Part shown: positions 14,151 through 24,559 of the stretch, piece after piece
Numbering within the stretch: the stretch's first letter is position 1
How the letters are laid out: every line of letters starts with the position of its first letter
Assembly: GCF_004010195.1 (NCBI RefSeq)
Contig: NC_057759.1
Coordinates: 1,976,705 to 2,013,495 of the forward strand
Direction: 5' to 3'
DNA: 36,791 bases
DNA from: Chiloscyllium plagiosum
Taxonomy: Eukaryota
Position numbers and translations under genes: made by a program
Notes under the pieces: model-generated
Seen by the model: the letters and a program-made list of their open reading frames with translations, nothing else
What the model was told of the DNA's origin: nothing
Databases searched by the model: none

Positions 14151-16234
14151 AGACAAGAACTTTCAAAAGCTGATTGGCAGCAGATGCTCGCAGGTAAAGT
14201 GAGGGCTGGAAAATAGGAAACCTTCAAAAATGAGGTAACAAGAGTCCAGAGACAGTCTGTTCCTGTTAGGGTGACCGGCAAGCCTGGAAGTGTAGGGAAA
14301 GCTGGATGATGGAGACATTGAGGTTTTGGTTAAGAGAAGAATGGAAACATATGTCAGATATAGACAGCAGAGATCGAGTGAATCCTTAGAAGAAGAAAAG
14401 ACAGTAGGAGTATAATTAAGAGGGAAATCAGGACGGCAAAAAGGGGGCACGAGATAGTTTTGGGAAATAGTTTTAAGGAGATTCCCAAGGGATTTTATGA
14501 ATACATTAAGGACAAAAGGGTAACTAGGGAGAGATTAGGGCCCCTCAAAGATCAGCAAGGCAGCCTTTGTGTGGAGCCACAGAAGATGGGGGAAGATACC
14601 AAATGAGTACTTTGCATCAGTGTTTACTGTGGAGAAGGACACGGAAGATATTCAATGGGGGGAAATAGGTGGTGACATCTTAAAATGTCGATATTACAAT
14701 AGTAGTATTACTGGATGTCTTGAAATGCATAAAGGTGGATAATTCCCCAGGACCTGATCAGATATACTGTACAACTCTGTGGGAGGTTACAGAAGTGTTT
14801 GGCATGTCCCTTGTCGAGATATTTGTATCATCAATAGTCACAGATGAGGCGTCGGAAGACTAGAGGTTGGCTAACGTGGTGCTACTATTTACGAAAGGTG
14901 ATAAGGAAAAGCGAGGGAACTATAGGCTGGTGAGCCTGCCATTGGTGTTGGACAAGATATTGGAGGGAATCTTGAGAGATGGAACTTACACGTATTTCAA
15001 CAGTCAAGGGTTTGATTCGGGACAGTGAACATGGTTTTGTGCAAGGGAAACCATGATACACAAACTTGATTGAGTTTTTTGAAGAAGTAACGAAGAGGAT
15101 TTCCCCATGGGAGACTGGTTAGCAAAGTTGTATCTCATGGAATACAGGGAGAACTAGCCATTTGGAAACAGAACTGGCTCGAAGGTAGAAGACAGAGGGT
15201 GATAGTGGAAGGTTGTTTTAAGACTGGAGGACTGTGACCAGTGGACTGTCACAAGGATCGGTGCTGGGTCCACTACGTTTTGTCATTTATATAAATGATT
15301 TGGATGTGAGCATAGGAGGTATAGTAAGTAAGTGTGCAGATGACACCAAAATTGGAAGTGTAGTGGACAACGAAGGAGGTTACCTCAGATTACAATGAGA
15401 TCTTGATCAGATGGGCTAATGGGCTGAGGAGTGGCAGATAGAGTTTAATTTGGATAAATGCGAGGTGCTGCATTTTGGGAAAGCACATCTTAGCAGCACT
15501 TATACACTTAATGGTAAGGTGCGAGGGAGTTTTGCTGAACAAAGAGACCTTGGAGTGTAGGTGCATAGTTCCTTCAAAGTAGAGTCGCAGGTAGATAGGA
15601 TAGTGAAGAAGGCGTTTGGTATGCTTTCCTTTATTGATCAGAATATTGAGTGCATGTTGAGACCATACTGGACATTGGTTAGGCCACTTTTGGAATATTT
15701 CATACATTACTGGTCTCCTTCCTATCAGGAGGATGTTGTGAAACTTGAAGGGATTCAGAAAAGATTTACAAGGATGTTGCCAGGGTTGGAGGATTTGAGC
15801 TAGAAGGAAAGGTTGAATAGGCTGGGGCTGTTTTCCCTACAGCATTGGAGGCTGAGGTGTAACTTACCTAGGTTTATAAAATCATGAGGGGCATGGATAG
15901 GATAAATAGACAAGGTATGTTCTCTGGTGTGGGGGAGTCCAGAACTAGAGGGCATAGGTTTATGGTGAGATGGAAAAGAATTAAAAAGACCGAAGTGGCA
16001 AGTTTCTCATGCAGAGGGTGGTATGTAAATGGAATGAACTGCCAGAAGAAGTGGTGGAGGCTGGTACAATTGCAACTTTTAAAAAGCATTTGAATGCATA
16101 TATGATTAGGAAGGGTTTGGAGGGATATGGGCCGGATGCTGGCAGGTGGAACTAGATTGGGTTGGTCTATCTGGTCTGCATGGACGAATTGGACCGAAGG
16201 GTCTGTTTCCGTGCTGTACATCTCTGACTCTATG
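14151..16234 (+). mobile_element. 5'-truncated CR1 (HER1-like) LINE
   Basis: RT-region remnants (QGSVLGPL, ADDTK, VKKAFGMLSFI, RFTRMLPGL) and the 3' end GGACCGAAGGGTCTGTTTCCGTGCTGTACATCTCTGACTCTATGA. Confidence 0.92.
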
Positions 16235-17481
16235 ATTGATGAGGGTCGAGCAGTGGACGTGATCTATAAGGACTTCAGTAAGATGTTTGACAGGTTTCCT
16301 CATTGTAGACTGGTTAGCAAGTTTAGATCACATGAAAATCGCAGAGAACTAGCAATTTGGACACAGAATTGACTTGAACATGGAAGACAGAGGGTCGTGG
16401 CGGAGGGTTACCTTTCAGACTGGAGACCTGTGATCAGTCATAAACCACAAGGATCAGTGCTGGGTTCACTACTTTTCGTCATTTATATAAATTATTTGAA
16501 TGTGAACATAAAGGGTTTGCAGATGACACCAAAACTAGTGGTGTAGTGGATAGCAAAGAAGGTTGCCACCGAGTACAAAAGGATCATGATCAGATGGGCC
16601 AATTGGGTGAACAGTGGCAGATGGAGTTTAATTCAGATAAATGCTAGGTGCTGCATTTTGGAAAGGCAAATCAAGGCAGGAGTTATATACTTAATGGTAA
16701 GGTCCTGGGCAGTTTTAATAAATAAAGAGACCATGGAGTGCAGGTTCATAGTTCCTTGAAAGTGGAGTCGCTGGTTGATAGGATAATGAAGAAGACATTT
16801 AGTATGCTGTTCTTTATTGGTCCGAGCATAGAGTTTCGGGGTTCGGACGTCATGTTGCAGCTGTACAGGTAACTGGTTCGGCCACATTTGGAATATTATG
16901 CGCAATTCTGGTGTCCTTTCTATCAGAAGGATGTTGTGAAACATGAAACATTCAGAAAAGATTTACAAGATTGTTTCCAGGGTTGGAGTGTTTGAGCGAA
17001 AGGGACAGGCTGAAGAGGCTGGGGGTGTTTTCTCTGGAGTGTTAGAGGCTGAGGGGTGACCTTATAGTATTTTATAACCTTTATAAAATTCTGACCATTA
17101 TAAAATCAGGAGGATCATGGATAGGCTAAATAGACAAAGCATTTCCCTGAGGTGGGGGAGTCCAGAACTAAAGAGCACAGGTTTCAGGTGAGAGGGGAAA
17201 GTTTTAAAAGGGACCTAAGGGGCAATGTTTTCATGCAGAAGGTGGTTTGTGTGTGTGGAATGAGTTGCTCGAGGAAGTGGTGGAGGCTGGAACAATTCCA
17301 ACATTTAAAAGGCATGTGGGTGCGACATGAATAAGAACAATTTAGAGGGATATGGACCAAGTGCTGGCAAATGGCATCTGTGTTGGCGAATGGGACGTGA
17401 TTAGTTTTGAATATCTGATTGGCATAGGTGGGTCAAACCGAATGGTCTGTTTCTGTGCTCTACATCTATATAACTCTATGG
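16235..17481 (+). mobile_element. Second 5'-truncated CR1 abutting the previous copy
   Basis: Begins at IDEGRAVDVIYKDFSKMFD right after the first tail and ends CTGTTTCTGTGCTCTACATCTATATAACTCTATG. Confidence 0.9.
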
Positions 17482-17594
17482 CTGTGATTTATAATAATTA
17501 TTGACAAATGGGGAGATGTACGTAAGGAATGGAGAGAGAGAAAAAAATTGTAATTCCTTCGAGGTAGTTGACTATTCATTTGAAAATTTATCGC

Positions 17595-17800
17595 TGGAAA
17601 TTGAGTCAATGTGTGTCTAATTCAATCTGCTCTGTAACTGTGGAAAGGATGTTCTTTAGTCTGATGCAGTAACATACCTGCTGTTTGTTAGAAGGAACTG
17701 ATCACACTTGGCTTTGTACCGAGGACATATTACACTGTCTTGGTCCTTCAAATAATTGTCTGGAGGGAGACAGAAGAGACATCATCTGTAAATCAACATT
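17595..17800 (-). repeat. Third, older paralogue of the putative exon-2 region at 35919-36120
   Basis: CAATGTGTGTCT...GTGGAAAGGA...GTAACATACCTGCTG matches 22960-23040. Donor-like CAG|GTATGT on the minus strand at 17678/17677. Confidence 0.7.
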
Positions 17801-18009
17801 AAGTCAATGGAATAATTTAATAATCATTTGGCTGTTCTTCCTTCAAGACAGCAATTCCAACAGGACCACAGGGCTGATTCTATTCTTGGCCTTAGCTGCT
17901 CTTTGGTGACTGTATCAAAAAAATCTGTACCAATTCGCTGAGAACCAGATACTAACCAACTCCTCTACAAATGGGATAATCTAATGCAAGTGCGTGTCTG
18001 GATATAAAC

Positions 18010-19290
18010 ATTTCCTTATCTATCCATAGCTGTCTGTTCCTGCTCAGTAAATGTGTGAAGACAATTATCAAGATGAACCTGTTAAATGCTGCTCTGTAAA
18101 TATCTGAGTGTAATTATCAAACTGTAATTATCAATCCACATAATCTGTGCAAATATGCGAGTGAATGCAGTTATCAATCTGTCCCCGTCACTCTCTGGTA
18201 AATATATTTACATTTTCACACCACAGAGACAATAGGGACAGACTGATAACTACACTCACATATTCGCAAAGCATAAACTGGCAGATTGGTAACTGAACTC
18301 GTGTATCTACATAGAGGAAACTGCCAGGGACTGGTTCATAAATACAATTCATACATTTTAAATAAATATGATTAGTCCCTATGTGTTTGTCTGATGTGGC
18401 TATGTGAGCTTAGTTATCTATATATATCTGTCAGTTTCTGCCCTGCGAACGTGTGTGTTTGCTTTACCAATCTGTCCCTAATAGTTTCTCCTGTGTGTCT
18501 GAGAATGTAGATATCAACCTGAACGTGTAAGTTTCAGCTATGAGAACGTGAGTTTTGATATTAGTCTCTACCTGTCAGTTTCTGCTGTATGAATATTAAA
18601 TGCAGTCATCAATTTAAACCCATCAGTTTAATCTGTGAAAATGCAGATATTCATCGCTATCTGTTTAAGCGATACCAGTATGTGAGTGCAATTATCAAAC
18701 AGTCCGGGTCAGGTTTTGCTATTTGACACCAGAGTGTCATTGTCAATCTGTTTCTACTATGTCAATATGTCAGTGTAGATACTAATCAGATCCTGTCAGT
18801 TTCTTTCCTGTCAATATGTGAATACAGTTATTGAGCAGTACACATCAGCTTCTGCTCTGTGAATGTGGCTGTATTAATCAAACTGTAGCTGTCAGTTTCA
18901 GCGATGTGAACGTGGGAGTACAGTCATAATTCTCTACCTGTCATTTTCTTCTTTGTCAAAGTGAGTGTAACTGTCAATTTGTATCTTTCAGACTCAGCTG
19001 TGTAAATACATAAATATAGTTATCAATCTATAGCTGTCAGTTTCTTGGCGAATATGTTTCTGTAATTGTCAATCCTTCAGTTTCTACTATGTGAATGTGT
19101 GAGCCGAGTTTTCACCTGTCGCTATCAGTTTCTGCTTTGTGAATGTGAGAATTTAATCAATCTTTCCCTGTCAGGCTCTAATGTCAGTGTTTGAGTGTAT
19201 TTATTCATCTTTTCCTGTCAGTTTGTGTGTCTGCAGTTATCAACCTGTACCTCTCAGATTCTGCTATATGAATATGTGTGTGTAGTTATC
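18010..19290. repeat. Degenerate ~48-49-bp satellite with an internal inverted block
   Basis: Approximate consensus GTTATCAATCTGTACCTGTCAGTTTCTGCTCTGTGAATATGTGAGTGCA. Anchors at 18796, 18845, 18892, 18941, 18988 and 19037. Region ~18210-18360 is in reverse orientation. Confidence 0.8.
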
Positions 19291-19294
19291 CATT

Positions 19295-19790
19295 TGATTT
19301 GATCTGATTTAATATTGTCAAGTGCACTTTGATACAGTGGAAAGTATTGTTTTGTGTGCTTTACAGGCAGATAATATCATACAAAATGTATCAGGGTAAT
19401 AGAACAGAATCCGCAATATAATTTTAAAGCTGCAAAGAGAGAGACAGAGATTAATGTTAAAACTTGAGCAAGATTAGAGTGGTGTTGGAAAAGCACAGCA
19501 GGCACAGCAGGTCAGGCAGCATCTGAGGAGCAGGAAAATCGACATTTCGGGCAAAATCCTTTCATCAGGAATGTCCGAAACGTCGATTTTCCTGCTCCTT
19601 GGATACTGTCTGACCTGCTGTGCTTTTCCAGCACCACTCCAATCTGGACACTAATCTCCAACATCTGCATTACCCACTTTTGCCTTAAAATTTGAGCAGT
19701 CCATTCAAAAGTCTGATGACAGCAAAGAAGCTGTTCTTGAGTTTGTTGGGTGATGTATTCAAACTTCTGTATTTTCTGGTGATAGGTAGG
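19295..19790 (-). mobile_element. Rex1/Babar-type LINE 3' end
   Basis: Minus-strand peptide FLPITRKYRSLNTSPNKLKNSFFAVIRLLN resembles the LPSGRRYRS...FKNSFFP.AIRLLN terminus of Rex1. Short-repeat tail TTTGATTTGATCTGATTT. Confidence 0.65.
19471..19684. mobile_element. Penelope-like fold-back pLTR insert with hammerhead core
   Basis: Inverted arms 19471-19550 and 19575-19647. Minus strand reads CTGATGA-AAGGATTTTGCCC-GAAATGTC. TSD TTAAAACTTGAGCA (19457-19470) / TTAAAATTTGAGCA (19685-19698). Confidence 0.82.
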
Positions 19791-19890
19791 AAAATATTAG
19801 TTTTTATACAGAAGATAGGCTGGTTGGAAGGGTGACGAGTAAAAGATAGAGTCCAAAGAAAGAGAAGAGCGATCGGACAGACAGGGGAGT

Positions 19891-20210
19891 GGGGTGACAT
19901 GGTGGCACAGTGGTTAGCACTACTGCCTCACAGAATCAGGGACCCGGGTTCAATTCCCACTCGGGCAATTGTCTGTGTGGAGTTTGCACATTCTGCCAGT
20001 GTCTGCGTGGGTTTCCTCCGGGTGCTCCGGTTTCCTCCCACAGTTAAAAAAATGTGCAAATTAGGTGAATTGACCATGCTAAATTGCCCTTAGTGTTAGG
20101 TGAAAGGGTAAATGTAGGAGAATGGGCCTTGGTGGGTTGCTCTTCGGAGGGTCAGTATGGACTTGTTGGGCCGAAGGTCCTGTTTCCACACTGCAAGTAA
20201 TCTAATCTAA
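19891..20210 (+). mobile_element. HE1-like V-SINE, full length
   Basis: Head GGTGGCACAGTGGTTAGCAC...CCGGGTTCAATTCCC, conserved core, tail GGGCCGAAGGTCCTGTTTCCACACTG..AGTAATCTAATCTAA. Confidence 0.9.
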
Positions 20211-20710
20211 CTGTCAGACTAAGTGGGTGAGTAGCCTATTAATAGGGCCTGTTAATGGCTAACAATTGGTAGCGTATAATAGCAGACTATATGTTAAGAA
20301 GGCCGGACATGTGGGGTTTTGGGTAATGACATGGGAGAGCTCAAGCTCTGTAGTTGTTGAACTCAATATTGAGTCCAGAACGCTGTCGAGTTCCCAAGCA
20401 GATAATGAGGTGCTGTTCTTCCAGCTTGCACTGGGCTTCACTGGAGCACTGCAGCAAGCCTGAGACAGAGATCTTGGCCAGGGAACAGGGTGGTGTTTTG
20501 AAGTGGCAGGCAACTGGAAGCTCAGGGTCTTTTTGTCTGGACAGAATGTAGGTGCTCTGCACTGTGGACATCCAATCTACTCTCAGTTTCCCCAACATAG
20601 AGGAGACCACATTGTGTGCATTTTCCTTGCCACCATCAGTTCTGAGGACCGGTCACTAGACCTGAAACACTGCCAGACCTGTGAATTTTCCACTAATTTT
20701 TGTTTTGTTA
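20211..20710 (-). mobile_element. Penelope-like (Neptune-type) GIY-YIG C-terminal remnant with inverted pLTR piece
   Basis: Peptide PVACHF...KLEEQHLIICLGT...GLNIEF (20341-20530, minus). Plus-strand CTGAGGA-ccGGTCactaGACCt-GAAAC at 20642-20668. Confidence 0.75.
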
Positions 20711-21240
20711 TCAATCTCTGCCTGTCAGTTTCTTCTCTGTGAATATGTGAGAGTCGTTATAAAAGTGTACACGTCAATTTATGTGATTTGATATTGGGAG
20801 CATAATCAATTTATTCCTGTCAGTTTCTGCTTTATGAATATGAGAGTGTAGTTATCAATCTTTCTCTGAAATTTACTGCCAACTACATGTGAGAGTTATT
20901 TACCAACCTGTCCCTGTCAGATTCTGCTCTGTGCATCTGAGAGTGCAGTTATTAATATGTATCTATCAGCTTCTTGTTTATAAATGTGCAAATTCATTTA
21001 TCATACTGTACCTGGCATATGTGTGCACGCATGATTATTGTTCTCTCCGTTTTAGTTGCGGCAATGTGAATATTGTGAGAGCAGATATCAATCAATGTCT
21101 GTCAGTTTTGGTTGTGTCCATACGAGAGTTTAGGACTTGATGTATAAATGTCAATTTCTGCTGTGTCCATGTAAGAATTTAGGAATTGATCTATACATGC
21201 CAGTTTCTGCTGTGTCACTGAGAGTGAAGTTCCCAATGAG
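20710..21240. repeat. Continuation of the ~48-49-bp satellite
   Basis: TTATCAATCT...CCTGTCAGTTTCT..TCTGTGAATATGTGAG units resume right after the nested elements. Confidence 0.78.
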
Positions 21241-21299
21241 TTCCAGTCACGTTCAACTCTTATATATCAAAGTTGCTCAATTCTCTGGCAGCCAATAAC

Positions 21300-21524
21300 A
21301 TTCTAAGAGTCTAATGACGTCCATGAATCTATTGTTGATTGTCAGAAAAACTCATCTGGTTCAGTAATGTCCTTGAATGAAGAAAAATGCCAGCCTTCCC
21401 TTGTCTGGCCTGCATGTGACTCCAGACCCACATCAATGAGGCTGCATGGGTAGTTAGGGATGGATAATAAATGCTGGCCGAGTCAGTGATACCCCCATCC
21501 CATGAATGAATTAGAAAAAAAAAA
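21300..21524 (+). mobile_element. DeuSINE/SacSINE-like 3' half
   Basis: AAAAACTCATCTGGTTCA.TAATGTCC...TCTGGCCTGCATGTGACTCCAGACCCACA...AATAAATGCTGGCC...CATCCCATGAATGAA plus an A tail. Family assignment is from recall. Confidence 0.6.
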
Positions 21525-22519
21525 ATCTGTGACTGAGATTCAATCTGATAATAGTGTTTAGGGTGTTGAGATTGGGCCTTAATTTCTTATGCATTTTGTG
21601 ATTTATGACTCAATCACAGAATTGGTACAACCATTCAGCCTGTTGTGTCTGCACTGGGACATTCTATTCTTTATCTGTTCCCCATACCAGTTTCCACTAA
21701 TTGTTGGGATTCTAATCTTCATTCACTCACTGCCAGTGTCTCGGTGTAAATGCCAATTTGAGATTAGTTCTGCAGTTATTAGCCTTTGAATACCTAAAGT
21801 GCCAGTTTTGCTCTGTGTGAAACAGTGACAAGTCGAGTATATGGATGCCATTCTCTATGTTCAGTTGTTTTTTCAGCAGGGTGTAGGATAAACCCATTCA
21901 ATATTTGATAAACCTGTGTGACTGAGGGATTAATGTTGGTTCAATATTTATCTTTGCCAAGGATCTGAATTTTATTGTATTCAATTTCAGCTTTCTTTTT
22001 ACATTTTATGTGTGCAGTAGTCTTTGGCAGTTGCTGCTGGGCACTGCAAAAATGTAACATCTAATATGAACATCTTCCGAAGCGATTACTAATGTGGACA
22101 GTCAATTTATGACTGTCCATATCTGGAAGTAGTTGTGGGTCTAAATTGCATTTTTTCCCCCCTTTTACCATTAAGTGGCTGAGTGAGAGTGAGTTTTCTG
22201 TTGTGCTGCCAATCTGTATCACTTTAAAGAGTGGTACTGGTTGAGATCACACCAACATTGTCTGTATATCTCTGTGTGATTCCAGTTCTGATACACTTTA
22301 TGAGGTGGTTTTAAGGTCTTATCAGTGTTTCATACATTAAAAAAAGTATGGAAATGCTTCTGCATTACTGAGGCACTCAACCAGAATGGGAGCGTGCATA
22401 AAGTGTGTTTTCATCAACACTAGGCTGAGAGAGGGAATAGAGAGACAGAGACAGACACAGATGTGTATGTCCGTGTGTGAATGAGCATTAAGCATCCTCT
22501 CTAGAAGCATCTTCTGTAG

Positions 22520-23690
22520 ATAAGGCTTCACCAAGAGGTTCATTTGAAATTTACATTGTTTGATTATTGTCTTTGTACAGGAGAACTGTTTCTCAAAAGA
22601 ATAATTTTGTCCTGCTCAGTTACTCATAAATGTCCAACATTACTTCTATATCTGCACTCAAATATACACTTCATATATATATTTGTTATAACCATGTAAC
22701 ACCATGATTAGTTTGTTCTAATTGATTGTAGCTTTAAAAATGCCAAATCTACATATGAATTTAATGCAGCCCATAAATGTATATTTATTATAAGCATACA
22801 ATCTAACCTGCTCTAATCTTATAAATGATAATTGGCTTTGAATAATGGAATTTACTGTCACTGAGGTGGTAAGCACTGAGAACAGGGCAAAATAATATAG
22901 ATTTATATATCGTCAGTTGTGTTTACCTCTTGGATTGAATGTATATTTCTGGAAATGGAGCTCAATGTGTGTCTGACTCAATCCACTCAGACAGTGGAAA
23001 GGACCTTCTCCTCGCTGACAGTGGTAACATACCTGCTGGGTGTGAGAAGCAGCTTGGATTGATCCATCAAATATTTGCCTGGAGAAAGACAAGAGAGAGA
23101 GCTCCTGTACATCACTAGCAGCTGAGTAGGAAGACATCAAATGATCAATACAATATTCAGGCCATGATCATTATAATTCTTTGTTTTTGAACAGGGCAAG
23201 GTGAACAGTGCAGATCCTGGTTCCACTCAAGCCCTGAGCTCCTTCCAGTCTTTTTCTGTTTCCCCAATTCTAAAACATTTCACTTGGATAAAATAAACTC
23301 ACCAACATATGGACATCTCCACAAATGGAATGAATACACAGTTCAATGTCCAGCTCCCAATATATTAACTGTTTAAAAACAAATACTGGGCACGATTTCA
23401 CATACGTTTATCCGGTGCCTGCTATATTGATCACATTTATTTCTACTGTCCTTTATTTCAATGTCTATTCGCAATAAACAGCGTGAAACAGAAGCCAAAC
23501 AATGAACTCCCCTCAGTGTTTAGAGGATTAAAAACTACGAGAATGTCCCACAGCAGTATCCTCCTGCTCTGTCTCCCTCAGCAGGCCCACACACAGCCCG
23601 AGACAGGCCTCTCTCTTCCCCCTCAACCCGCTTACTCCAAGTTCCGGGACCAGTTCCTGCTCCGCTCGGCCTCCTATAAACAGCCCAACA
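22520..23690 (-). repeat. Inverted diverged duplicate of 35390-36535
   Basis: CTCCAAGTTCCGGGACCAGTTCCTGCTCCGCTCGGCCTC at ~23635-23673 is the reverse complement of 35404-35442. Similarity continues to GAGGTTCATTTGAAATTTAC (22536) / GTAAATTCCAAATGAACCTC (36500). Confidence 0.85.
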
Positions 23691-24224
23691 GCCCTCTTAC
23701 AAAGGAACTGGGGCTGTGGGGGAAAGGGCAGAGAAGGTTTCAAGCTGGGAATTGCCCCTTTATGAAGATCCAATGGAGATCATTCCCGGGTCATGTTAAT
23801 AACATTTCCCTCCGGCTCTCTCACAATCTGATCAGGGAGTGGAGAAGCTGGCGGCCACTCGGCCCATCCTCTGTTCTCCCCATTCGATAACATCATGTCT
23901 GATCGAATGTCACCTGTGGTATTTAATGCTGCTGACTCCTCATCCACAAATATTAACTCCTTGCCCAAAGTAACATACAGAGAGATGGAATAAGTGGACC
24001 ATTCTTACGAAGGCAGAAAATAACTGATGGAGAGAGTCTTGCATCACAGTATCAGTGCTTATTTCTGGGTCAGGAGGCCCGTGCAAAAGTCAGACCTGGT
24101 GTGCAATAACATCACAGGGACACGATTTAGCTTGTCATGGATGACAGATTTTAGTGTCAGGTATGCTGCAGACAGAAACCTTGTGATGTAATGTATGCCA
24201 CAACGAAGACCCCAGCTGTTTTTG

Positions 24225-24520
24225 TTTTTTCACTCCTGGAACGTGGATGTCACTGGCTGAGCCTAGCATTTATTCTCCATCCCTTTGAGAAGGCAGTGTT
24301 GAGCCACCTTCTGGAACAGCTGTTGTCCATGTACTGCCCACAATGCCATGAACACGGAGTTCCAGGGTCTTGATCCAGTGACAGTGAAAGAAAGTGGTTT
24401 TATTTCCAAGTCAGCATGGTGAGTGCCTTAGAGGGAAACTTGTCCGACATCAAGGCAGTGTTCCCTGACATCAGCTGCCTTTATCGTTTTCGATGGAAAT
24501 AGTCGCGATTTCGAAGGTCC
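24225..24520 (-). mobile_element. LINE 3' fragment sharing its tail with the SINE at 21.4 kb
   Basis: GGATGTCACTGGCTGAGCCTAGCATTTATTCTCCATCCCT is the reverse complement of the tail at 21456-21500. Confidence 0.55.
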
Positions 24521-24559
24521 TCCTTTTACAAATTACAAAACTCGCATCTCTTTGTCAGC

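Noticed and set aside
18010..19290. CRISPR-like array
   Set aside because: Vertebrate DNA. The whole unit is degenerate, with no constant repeat plus unique spacer and no cas genes.
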